A DNA stretch of 63,833 nucleotides, the filler included, from Rhabdomonas costata (taxonomy: Eukaryota), in NCBI GenBank assembly GCA_019059605.1. It is 34 parts of 34 records of this genome, joined end to end, with 100 filler letters (N's around TTAATTAATTAA, not from the genome) between each part and the next. Parts side by side here need not be neighbours in the genome. Positions count along the whole stretch, not along the records: positions 48,900 to 50,679 come from JAHMHO010009172.1; positions 50,780 to 52,559 come from JAHMHO010009173.1; positions 52,660 to 54,438 come from JAHMHO010009174.1; positions 54,539 to 56,317 come from JAHMHO010009175.1; positions 56,418 to 58,196 come from JAHMHO010009176.1; positions 58,297 to 60,075 come from JAHMHO010009177.1; positions 60,176 to 61,954 come from JAHMHO010009178.1; 27 more parts are not named here. One strand, written 5' to 3'. The position numbers and the translations under genes are program-made. Positions 49,138-60,337 of this stretch are shown here, one piece after another (position 1 is the stretch's first letter; every line of letters begins with the position of its first letter). The notes under the pieces were generated by a model that had not been told where the DNA came from, did not search any database, and was given only the letters and a program-made list of their open reading frames with translations.

Positions 49138-50395
49138 ATTGGCTCGGGTGTGCTGGCGGTTCCAATTGTCTCTTGTGGCATCGGCTGAAGTGCACAACCA
49201 GAAAGTCAGAAAAAATATGTGGCCAACTCCACCACAACCAGGAAAAGGTTTCCTGGTTGCCCTTAATACCAAAAACAGAATTTTCCCTCTCTCTCTCTCT
49301 CACCCTTCGTGAAAGAAAAAAGGTCAACAAAACCACCTCAACAAATGTGAACAACAGCAAGTAAAATGAGCCCGACACAATGATTTGGAAGAGGTGCATC
49401 AACATAGGTCTGTTTGTGCCTGCACAAAACTGGTGCAAGGAAGCCCACAGCGGCAGGCCAACGCGGGATAGAACGAAAACGCGGTGGGGGGTTGACCTGA
49501 AGTACTGCGGTGGTACGCTGTAGATCACCCACTAAAAGGAAAGAAGCACAGGAGAATCGGCCCCAAACCTTTTCCAGGTTTTGCTTCCGTGGCCTACTCG
49601 GCATCTTATCGGCGATATTCTTATGAAAATAGTTCCATCCAAGAAAACCACGCCCATTTTGAAGGTTGCCTGTAAGGTGTCATCTCCTTCATCTCTCAGT
49701 CCCCAATTTAATGCGGGGGGAAAAGGTTGCAAATCAGACAGAGTAAATATGAGATATCCGCAGAAATAACATCTCACTCATGGGGGACCAGAGAGGATGC
49801 TGTGCACAGGGAAGAAACCCACACACACGAAAAAGAAGAACAAGAAATACAATGGAAACGAAGGGGAAAACGGGTACGAAATTGGAGAAAGACAAGAGTA
49901 GATCAGTACAGCCATCTCCGGCACTCCCGTTGGCTCGAGTCGGGTGTGCTCGTGGTTCCAATTTTCCCACGCGGCATCGACCGAAGTGGAGAACCAGAAG
50001 GGCAGAAGTGCTAACTCCGGGAAAAGGTTTCCTCATTCCACTCCACACTAATCACACCCTTAGTGAAAAAAAGGCTCGACAGAACCACGACTGATTTGGA
50101 AGGGGTGTCGTGTCTGTGTGGGAGTGTGCTGTGTGAGTACGAGGTGTAAGGAGGCCCGCAGAGGGGCAGATCAACGCGGGATAGAAAAAAACGCGGTGGG
50201 GTTGAGCTGAGGTACTGCGGTGGTACCACGCTCTAGATCATCCACCAAAAGGGAAAGAAGCACAGGAGAATCCCAACCCCTTTCAAGGTTCTGCTTCAGT
50301 GGCCATCCCGGCATCTGATCGACGTATTCTTGTACTACTAGTTCCATCCAAGGAGAAAACCACGCCCATTTTAAAGGTTACCTGAAAGGTGTCAC
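49138..50395. repeat. Diverged direct duplication, about 49138-49685 versus about 49930-50395
   Basis: Collinear shared blocks with many substitutions and indels: TCGGGTGTGCT..GGTTCCAATT, GGAAAAGGTTTCCT, TGATTTGGAAG, CAACGCGGGATAGAA, GTACTGCGGTGGTAC, GGAAAGAAGCACAGGAGAATC, GAAAACCACGCCCATTTT. Confidence 0.9.
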
Positions 50396-50966
50396 CCTAC
50401 CCCCTCTTTTTGTCCAACCGGTTACAGGAAGGAAAAGGCAGAAAAGGAGATCCGCTGGCGTACATTGCCGGCTCAAGCTCACCATGCGAACGGGGAAATC
50501 AAAAAGTCAGCTCGCCCCAAAAGAAAACACGGAAGCAAATGGAAAAAGAAACGGAAAAGGAAAGTATACCAAAAATGGAAAAAGGACGAGGGTTGATGGC
50601 CACGGCCATCCCCACCATTTCCGTTGGCGGTGGTGACCGGGCGAACCCTCTGCTCATTCTGGAAGCAACCAAAAAACACNNNNNNNNNNNNNNNNNNNNN
50701 NNNNNNNNNNNNNNNNNNNNNNNTTAATTAATTAANNNNNNNNNNNNNNNNNNNNNNNNNNNNNNNNNNNNNNNNNNNNTTGTTGCGCCAGGTCAAGTGT
50801 TTACAGACTGGAAAGAGTTTGTAGAGACGTTGAAGAGGCGGCTGTGTGCACAGACGTGGGACTATAATGTAGTGTGGAGGTTGGAGCAATTGAAGATGTC
50901 GGACCCACCCAGTGTTCGTTTCGCCACCTGGGCTTCGTTTCGTGTTTTTTTTTTTGCGCAAATTAG

Positions 50967-52509
50967 ATGCTTGTGCCCTCGGGTGACCTCAAGAAGGCCT
51001 CCAAGAAGGAGTCCGCGCTCTGCGGTGTGGCCACTGGTGCCAGCGAGGTGGTCTTCCTGACCCCCTTCAACTTCGTGAAGTTCCGCATGCAGAGGTAGCG
51101 TTGCGAAAGGGGGGTGGGCTTACGTCCCAGCGGTGGGGTCGGTGAGAAGATCTTTGAAGCATTATTGCTTTTTATTGTGTTGCTGGCCGAAAACCTTTTC
51201 CGTTCCGGTTCCGGGGTTCGTTTTCGTCTCTTGCGTGCGGACCGATTTCCAACGGCAAAGGTTTCAGGAAATGCAGGCTGTTGTGCCCGATTCAAGACCA
51301 CACAAAGACTGGACACAGGGCACCCCGAAATTTTCAGATTAAACCCATTCGGAGACGTCGTCAAGAAATCCCAGGCTTTTTATGGAGCATCTGTTGGGAC
51401 CTGCCGTTTCTCGGTTCCTCCGTTCCGAGGAAGGCTTCAGAAATCGTAAACGGCATTCACCTTTGTTCCTCTGTCATGAAGATCCTCTTCTTTCCACGAG
51501 AAACCCCTCCTCACCGTATTCGTTCCCCTGGAAACCTCTCAAAAAAAACAATTAACCAAACAGGCCTGAGTGGCAGTACAAGGGCATGATCGACTGCGTG
51601 GTGCGAGTGTACAAGGAGGAGGGGCCCCTGGCGTACTGGAAGGGCACTCACGCCGTGTTCTGGCGCAACTCGATCTGCATGCTGGGCATGGTGGGCTTCT
51701 ACAACACTGTGGAGCACTGCCTTCCCGCCGGAATCCCCTTCCGTGCGCTGTGCACGGGGGCGCTTTGCGGCATCATCGGCTCCTTTATGAGCTATCCCTT
51801 CGAGATGCTCCGGTGTGTGTGTGGGGGGGTGTCTCTTTGCTCTTCAGTGTGGCTTCTGTGTTCTGTGTTGCCAGCTGTGGGAGTTTCCTTCATGGACAAC
51901 TTAAACACTGAAGGGGAAACTTACCTTTCGGCAGTGAAAAAGAGTGGACGTCTCCTGGCTCGTTGTGGTGGGCATCAGCACATGGCCATGGTTCTACTTG
52001 GAGGTGCCTTTTCTTTGTTTTCACAGCGCGGCCCGCCAGCACAACGTCTCCTTCTACGAGGAGATGTTCTCGCAAGGTTGGAGGAGGATGCTTGCGGGGT
52101 ACGTCCCGGGGGCCCTGCGAATTGTGATGCACAGCGCTGCGCTGGGTGTGTGGCCTGCCTCTCGGCCTCGTTTTTCGTTTCTCTCAACAATTCTCGAAGG
52201 GGTTGCCTTTGTTATTTTTGGCCTTTTTCTTCTTCCATCTTGCAACAGGTATCATCATTCCCCGGATGAAGTCCATGGCGGGTGGAACTGACTGGTGTGT
52301 TCCCCCCCCCGGTCCCTTTTGCCTTATTTTCTTTATGGAGGCCACTTTTTTTCCGCTTCTTTGCATCCTAAATTTTCCCCTTTCCTTCGCGGGCAAACTT
52401 TTGTTGTGCTGGGTCGTCGACCGGGCAGGTTCATTTTGGACTGGGACTTTCTTTTGCAGGTTCAAGGAGGGTGCGAACAGGCTCCACTCCGTGGCCACCT
52501 CCTTCACGG
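50967..52509 (+). CDS. Mitochondrial carrier family (SLC25) protein, repeats 2-3; exons 50967-51094, 51564-51812, 52027-52145, 52249-52294, 52460-52509
   Basis: Spliced: ...ALCGVATGASEVVFLTPFNFVKFRMQR|PEWQYKGMIDCVVRVYKEEGPLAYWKG...GALCGIIGSFMSYPFEMLR|AARQH...GWRRMLAGYVPGALRIVMHSAALG|IIIPRMK. It carries Px[DE]xx[KR]x[RK]-type and [DE]Gxxxx[YW]KG motifs, with four phase-consistent GT-AG introns. Confidence 0.92.
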
Positions 52510-53453
52510 GTATTCATGCTGTGCGCAGTGTCTCCTATACGTTACTCTTGCCCCCCCCCNNNNNNNNNNNNNNNNNNNNNNNNNNNNNNNNNNNNNNNNN
52601 NNNTTAATTAATTAANNNNNNNNNNNNNNNNNNNNNNNNNNNNNNNNNNNNNNNNNNNNGTGCAGGTGGCCATTCTGGAGGCACGAAAGACCTGAGGCAG
52701 TGGTCTTTCAGAAGTCGCCTGAGAAACAGAAGGAAAGGTTGGGAGCAGAAGGACACATGCCTTAACTGGAACGTCCATGTATAATGAAGGAAAGATTGGG
52801 ACTACAGGGTCACGCGATTTTATAGGAGGAAGCATGAACCTTTCACTTCCTGCGCAGACATTTCTGCTGAGTCACCTTCCAGGAACACGCGTGCCCTTAA
52901 ACCCGAAATAAAGAAGTAGAACCACAGGACCAGGGCTTCAAACCGCAAATAGGCTTGACTGACAACAAAAAAAATACTGGTGTAATCAATTAGTTCTGCA
53001 AATAATCGTGTCTCCAGATTATCTTCACTGTTGATATTTTGGCATTAACTTTTCGGATTAGTATCAGCATCAGTTTGCGTGTTAACCTTAGCATTGATAT
53101 TAATGATAGCATTGACATTCTCCGCACCACCTCAAAAAGTGACAACCGAAAAAAGTCCACCAGGACATTTCGGCTAGAAGTTAAAAAAGAGGTGAGGCAA
53201 AAACGATTTCAGTGAAGTTGTTCCCTTTCGGCCTGTTATTATGTGTGTCAATCCGTCCATATCTCCTGCTTTCGAGATGATCCGGAGTCATTCTAGTGTG
53301 CAGCTAAGAAAGGTCGATGATTTTTTGAGTTTTTTGAGTTTTTTGAGCACGAGAACGCGATCAGCACAAAAATGTGTGCTGATCGCGTGTGGAAGGGCGA
53401 GCCGTGCGTGAGCACAATTTAGAGCAGCAAGTTAATTACCAGCATAACCGCTG

Positions 53454-53662
53454 TCAAGGAAACGGTTGGCACACCACAGAGTGAGGGCTGAGTTCGACGG
53501 CAACCGCGGAGGGGCAGGCCGCGGTGGCGCACAGCAGGTGAGCCACTTCGATGAACTCCCCCAGGGTCACCGCGGAGTCCTCCGCGAAGAGGTCGCCGTG
53601 GCGCACCACCCGCAGCGCCTCCGTGGCCGCGCGGTCGTCCGCGCAGCTTACGGAGGCGAAGC
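53454..53662 (-). CDS. Terminal exon of an unknown protein
   Basis: Acceptor ctcag, then GC3-rich FASVSCADDRAATEALRVVRHGDLFAEDSAVTLGEFIEVAHLLCATAACPSAVAVELSPHSVVCQPFP*. The + strand ORF looks like an antisense shadow. Confidence 0.55.
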
Positions 53663-54545
53663 TGAGTTTGGGCAAGCGGGGTAGAGGGCGGGGGTTGGAA
53701 ATGTCATGCCCAGTGAAGCAGGGGTAATGGTCACCAGTGGTAACAAAAAAGACTGACCAAGAATCCATGTTATTTTAACTTTGGTGAAGGTACTGGTCGG
53801 TTCGATAGCTGATGAGTACACTCAAGATCATTCATTTTAAGTTCAAGGGGGTTAGATAATCTGTGCCAGTTTTCTCGAGCTGATCAACTGGGTCGTTTTG
53901 GGTAGTTCAACTTGAAAAAGGTATGGTTACTGACCTTTTTACTGATCCCCTCCAAAGGATGTAATTTTCCGTGCGTTTGTGTCCGGGGGTTAGGCAAACT
54001 GCGCCAATGTAATTTCGGCTTGCACTTCAAAGCTAATGGTGGCAAATGCCTAAAGACCTGCTGCTTGGATTTGAACGGATGAAGCAGCAATATCACCAAG
54101 GACAGGTGTGGGCTCAATCAACGGTGGGAAAGTCTTCACCAAGTTAAAGCAACAAGTTTTGGTCTCCTCTTCATCTCTGTATTCCGTAGTGACCACTCCT
54201 TCCCATCAATTGCATCGTTTCCATGAAGGTACACGCTCGCCGCAAAGCTTAAGAAAGGAAGCCCATGTCCAAATTGGTCCAAGAGCTAGGGGCTATGAGC
54301 ACCAACCGCTGAACTCAGCCATGAATACCCCCCATTTTGTCCTTCAACTGTGTGCTCTTGCACGACCAGACAAACCGCAGAGCTTGGGCAAGGAAGCTCG
54401 CCGAGAGCTCACCGTTGCTCGAGGTCTTCACAAACCCCNNNNNNNNNNNNNNNNNNNNNNNNNNNNNNNNNNNNNNNNNNNNTTAATTAATTAANNNNNN
54501 NNNNNNNNNNNNNNNNNNNNNNNNNNNNNNNNNNNNNNGTTTGTG

Positions 54546-54764
54546 GGTGAAAGTTTTTAATACTTGGGTGTCAGATGATCTGAAGCATATATGTAGAATA
54601 TTTTTGAGAAAACACAAAATCAATACTCACAAAAGCATTTTGCAGAAGCCCGCGTCCCATCCAGTAAACAATATGTACTCGTATTTAAGAATTTGTGTTT
54701 TCTCAAAAATATTCTACATATATGCTTCAGATCATCTGACACCCAAGTATTAAAAACTTTCACC
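54546..54764. repeat. Contig-terminal inverted repeat (73-nt arms 54546-54618 and 54692-54764)
   Basis: Exact reverse-complement arms at the contig start. Confidence 0.95.
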
Positions 54765-56699
54765 TTCAAAATTAAAATCACGTACTCAATGACATTCTTG
54801 CTTAAAAATGTAAGTACTATTTATCATCTAGACAGTAATCAGCACTCCAAAATGTCATGTTTATTGATATATGTGATACAAATAGTACCAAAAGTATTCA
54901 CAATGTCTCATCTGATATAACGCATTAGTAAATATATGCAACATAATTGTATTTCTATGCACGTACGTTAGTGCCAAAATTTCAGTGAATACTTTTACAT
55001 CAACTAACAGAAAATAGTGAATCCAGTAAGTCGGCACACACACTATCCTGCATCTTGTGGTTATTTTCAACACTTTATCTCTTTTATATGTCACTTTTAA
55101 GAGAGTCTACTATATGTTTGAAAACTACGGAGTCACTAAAACTTCACCTTTTTCTTCATACTAAAATAATTTAGTGTGAAATAGCGGCGACATTGTGTGT
55201 AACTAATTTCTTTTAGAACGCGAAAATAGCAAAACTCTCTTGGCATCATTTCATTAATCTTGCATGATTTAAGCTGATGAATGTTGTGGCATTGATTCAA
55301 ACCACCAATGGAAATGTGAATTAGCCTCCACAGCGTTCTTAAAAAACACAATAAAGCTAAGGTATTATATATTTTTGCCTCCTACAGAAGCAGAATTTCC
55401 ACGGAGCACTTGCTGTGAGCAATGTGTACTTTTAGAAGGCGTTATATTTGATCAGCAAATGCACAAATGTGGCTTTTTATCTAGCAAAATTAATGTCCAC
55501 TACGATGGCGTGTCTCATATTGTACACATGTTAACTGAGAAAATCCATTTTGAGTATACAAAAACGTTCAAGTAGAAAGGTGAAAAGTTAGATTGAAGAT
55601 GGAGTGAAGTCAGCAAGGCTCCATGTTCTTGACAAATTAGATCCAATATTATACCAATGCAGTTCAGTGTGCGAAAAGCGTAGATGGCCATCAAGTGAAG
55701 ACATGAGAGATGTCATCACATTGCGTCCGCATCCGTTTCCTGAGTAGTGCAAGTGCAGCAAAGACTCAATTGATACCATTGGAATACATGTTGTACACAC
55801 GAGAGCTCCCACTCAACATTTATTCCATTAAATTACAAAAGTGCTATAAACTTAGCTTCCGGCGCCACCAAAGAGAGTCAGCGGCCTTTTCCGTATTGAC
55901 ACTTGGGAGCTTCAAATAGTTCTCAAATAGTTAGTACATATAAACGGCACAACTAAAAATGACTGGCCATGGGTGATAATAGATTTGTTGCGGGGTTTAG
56001 GACAACTTGAACGTGCCGGGGTGTCTGTGGGTGGCGGAGCCCCCTAAGCAGCATCTAGGTTAGGTAGCCGTGCTTCCTTCCTTGTGGACCGTCATTTTTA
56101 CCTATGCCATATAAACATATGCCTCTTTAGAAATGGCTTCGGAAATATCGTTCACCAGAGCCTTGATGTTTGCTGCAACACGACCAACTTATCGTGATTA
56201 TTACTATTATCTAGATTTATGATGTATTTGATTGCTTTGAGTTCAACAAAAGCAAGCGAGTGAATATAATAAACAAATTGTGGCATATTTTACAAATTGC
56301 AACACTTCCAAAAACAANNNNNNNNNNNNNNNNNNNNNNNNNNNNNNNNNNNNNNNNNNNNTTAATTAATTAANNNNNNNNNNNNNNNNNNNNNNNNNNN
56401 NNNNNNNNNNNNNNNNNGTGGGTTGGTGCTGGAGCCTTCGGGGCCATGTAGTAACGCTCGTAGGACTGTGCACAATGCCCAGAGTTCTTATCAACGTTAG
56501 CCGCTTCTGCGTGAAGTTTGGGTGCGGCTGGCACCTAACCACAATGCCGAGGACTACCTCCGAGGCAGACATTTCTAACAAGAAATTACCTGGATGCCAC
56601 TAGACGTGGCATACAAACGTTATTTTGTGCTGTTAAAAACACTTAATACCTCATAAAAAGCGAAGTGATTATCAATTTAAAGTCAAACACCTGGTTTTG

Positions 56700-57900
56700 G
56701 TCAATCAAAGCAATTACCAACTAATCCTCGGCCCTCTGAATCCACTGTCACCATAAATCAAGATAAACATTTACCATACAGAAGGTTGTTAGTCGCAATC
56801 CTATGGAGCCGGATACGATACCAGAACTTCCATGAGCTGGTAGTCCTGGACAATAGCCGTCTGATCCATTACCAAGTTGGCATCTCTGATCCAGCTGCCT
56901 TTGTGCTGGAAGGCGAAGACTAGTGTGCCATCCCAGTTACAAAACGCCACAGCAATCCAGCTCTTGAGTCGATCCCAGTGTCACCCCACACCAACACTCA
57001 CATTTTCGCCCTGTGTTTACCTTCAGAGGAGCTGCAAATGATCCACATTCATAGCTACTGCACGCCTCAGACCGTGAGTCTGCTTGCCGCCAAACCAGCT
57101 CTGGTGATACGGCGCAGTAAGTCAAGCGACCATCCACTCCACATTCTTCTCTTAAATATTCGATTGACTCCCAGTTTGATGTTTCATTTTGACGTCCTTT
57201 GCACACCATACTTCTCTCATCGCAGCGCACTTTTTCACATCCAGACCATTTTTTTCAGCTTCATTGGTGAAGCGTTTGGATCCAATGTGAGAGCACTCCA
57301 CTTCCGTGGTTACCAACAACCACTACCAATTGCAAACACATAAGTACGCTCCAGTTTGCCATATCACAGACATTATTTACCTCCACATTGAGACACAACT
57401 CGAAGTCACCAGATATCTACTTGCAGCTTCAAAATAAGTCGGATTGACTTTGAAATCTACTACACTGAACCACAACTAACTGACTGCGATTCTCGTTATG
57501 TCCACACAATCAGCAAAAAAAACTTCCATGAGATGATTCGGGTCAGAATGCGGTAGACGTTTTGAAGGAGTTGGTATTAATGCAAAACGATGGAAGATAG
57601 TGGCTTCTAAATGATTGATGTCAGGCAAGTGATTCGACGTCAGGCAAAAGTGATAGGATGAGTTAAACTGGTCAAAATTGTGGTGGATACATTTGGTAGC
57701 TTCGACTGATGGTTGTATGTTGTAAAACAAGACAATGAGACAAACTCTGATGTGGCGCCAACTGTGAGAAACGGCGGCCTGGGGTTTGTGGTTGGAGGTG
57801 ACTGTGAGAGTGTTGAAAAGGTGCACGTGTGAGGGGTGAGGCTCCATAGCGTTGGTGGTGTTAGAAGTGAGAATCAGCAGGCATTTTAGGCATTTTACAT
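56700..57900 (-). mobile_element. Decayed non-LTR (L1/Tx1-like) reverse transcriptase remnant
   Basis: EVFFADCVDI (l.FADD), LWFSVVDFKVNPT (gl.iN..K) and downstream NWESIEYLREECGV (W..i..pk..GGlG) occur in the correct order, with many stops. Confidence 0.4.
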
Positions 57901-59328
57901 AGAAACCACGGAAAGAATAAGACCTGGTATTGAAGTACACTACATATTTTGGACCCCCAACCGGTTGAAGATCCAGAGGTGAATCGGTTGAGTTCCAGAG
58001 CTGTATGTTTTTGACCAATATCAGAACTGTGATGATGTGTGTGGGTGCGTGCGTGCGCAAATAAGTGATTGAGTGGTGTGTTTCATGTTTCCAGAGCGTG
58101 TGGTGTGTTTCCACAGCGTGGCGTGCATCCAGATGTGTGTTGTTTGTGGTTTTATCCAATAATGACAAGAATACAATACTGTTATACTTACACAAANNNN
58201 NNNNNNNNNNNNNNNNNNNNNNNNNNNNNNNNNNNNNNNNTTAATTAATTAANNNNNNNNNNNNNNNNNNNNNNNNNNNNNNNNNNNNNNNNNNNNTTGT
58301 GTGGTGTTGTATTCCATGCCGTAGGCGTCTTGCTATGGGTGTGGGCTTTTCACAGAGTGTAGGCATCTACCTTTCACAAGTGGGAGTTTGGGGTCTCCGC
58401 GGTGAGGGAGGGTGAGGTGGGCTTGGCACTTGTGGCTGCCGCCCCTCTGTTTCTCTCTTTCTCTGTGTGCGTAATGGATGGGCGTAGGGAGCGCGTTCTG
58501 CCCACCACGGCGGGCATTCGGCCTCTGGGGCGGCTTTCTCCGTCTCACCGTCCTCGCAGTGGAGGAGGGGCGGCCACGCGCAAGCCGCCCGTCCCGGAGA
58601 GGCTGGCGATGTACAACGTGCCCCTTGCGAAGCAAGGCACGTGGGTGGCGGGGGATGGGGAACAATTCTCATGCAGTTAATGCAAGTGAGTGGGAGAAAG
58701 TCGCAATACATAGAATGAAGTCATCCACTCGTGGGTGACTAAAACTCAACTAGTGAATGCTTTATTAAAATGGTTTTTGCCCTGCTTTTGTCTACATATT
58801 GTTGACAATTCCCACGGCACGTCTCCACCTTCAAGGAAAGAAGGATGTATGTGTCCGTGAGCGCTGGTTTGATTTCCGGAGGGTTTCGAAGTGATGCCAG
58901 CGTTCTACCCAAGCCAGCGTCCTGTTTGTGCTCAGCGCCCGCCAAGAATATGAAAGAACAGAACTTGTCCCCAACGATCGGCCCAGCTGACTGTTGTAAG
59001 TACACAACAATTGCGAGACGCGTGGCGAGTAGGCTTGAGGCGCCCAGGTTTGCAATCCAACCTGAGCGGGACAGTTAATAAAATTTCTTATACGAGGGTA
59101 TTGGTCTCACAGTGCACGTGCGCGGGAGTGGAGAAAAGTCGCCCGCTCAACGTCACGTACCCCCCCCCCATTCAATAAATGTCATTTTTGGCCGATATGC
59201 TGCCGTTGAGGTAATTTTCTTTCTTTGGACTATCCATATTCCCTCATGGTCGTTGCGGAGGGTAACCTCCGGTCCCGAACCCCCTGGACATTTCAAAGGT
59301 TGAGACTTTGGTTTCCTCTGTCTCTCAG

Positions 59329-59512
59329 AAAGGGGAACTGGAGCGGCCTCCTCGGGTCCCGGGCTTCCTGACCTGAGGAGGGCCGTACCTGTGGAGGTGG
59401 TGCTGGGGTTCGTGCCCGACGCCAGCCCTCTTCCGGTGGTCAGGCTACTGGTGGGGGAGAGTGTGGGCGGGGCTGCCCTGGTCGCCCTGGTGCTGCAGGA
59501 ATACTGCGAGAG
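59329..59512 (+). CDS. Exon of an unknown protein with weak resemblance to a SIN1 CRIM/ubiquitin-like domain
   Basis: ctctcag|...PDLRRAVPVEVVLGFVPDASPLPVVRLLVGESVGGAALVALVLQEYCER|gtatga; GC3-rich. The family guess is tentative. Confidence 0.45.
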
Positions 59513-60337
59513 GTATGAGGCGGGGACGATCATCTTAACCTTGCTTGGGAGCGCGCGGTAGTGGGGAGGGGGCCCCGTGTTTGTAATCCTGCATTGCTTT
59601 TGAACGCTGGCAATGTGATCCATCATCTCGGTGAAATGGGTATGTGGGAGGGGAGGGTAAAAGTTACAAATTGTAACAATTTCTCATTTTGAACTCGAGA
59701 ACATAAGTCGGTAAAGACCTCCACGTCGCGTTCCCGCTCCGGCCGTGAACTATTGCTACCCGTCGGGCCAACTCCCTGTCACGGGTTAGTCCTACGCAAG
59801 CATCAGTTTAATGTGCAAACCGACAGTGCTCTTCTAGATCACTGGCAAAGTGGCCCCCTTACTCCTGTAAAGCAAAACTTATTCCGAGGTGCTGGCATCA
59901 GTTACCTGATCTTATTCAATTTCAAATAGAACGGATTTTTGAGAGTTCTTGTCACCTCTGGTAACGTTTTCCATTGGAGGTGGTGGCGTATCCATCCTCG
60001 GCAAGTCGGCATTCCCCTTTCCCGTATTACTTTAATAGATTCCTGATGAAGCGCCTTTTCTCTCTGTGTGTATTTNNNNNNNNNNNNNNNNNNNNNNNNN
60101 NNNNNNNNNNNNNNNNNNNTTAATTAATTAANNNNNNNNNNNNNNNNNNNNNNNNNNNNNNNNNNNNNNNNNNNNTTGTTGGTTTACACCTCACTCTGGT
60201 GAAATGCGCCTGTGGATACCTGCGCGTACGCCCAGGCAGGGTCCGTGGAAGAGAAACTCAACGCTATTGAGCGAGCGAGCGATCCGAACGGTTCCCAACA
60301 CGCTCACGCATCACAACGCACCGTAACCCACACGCAG

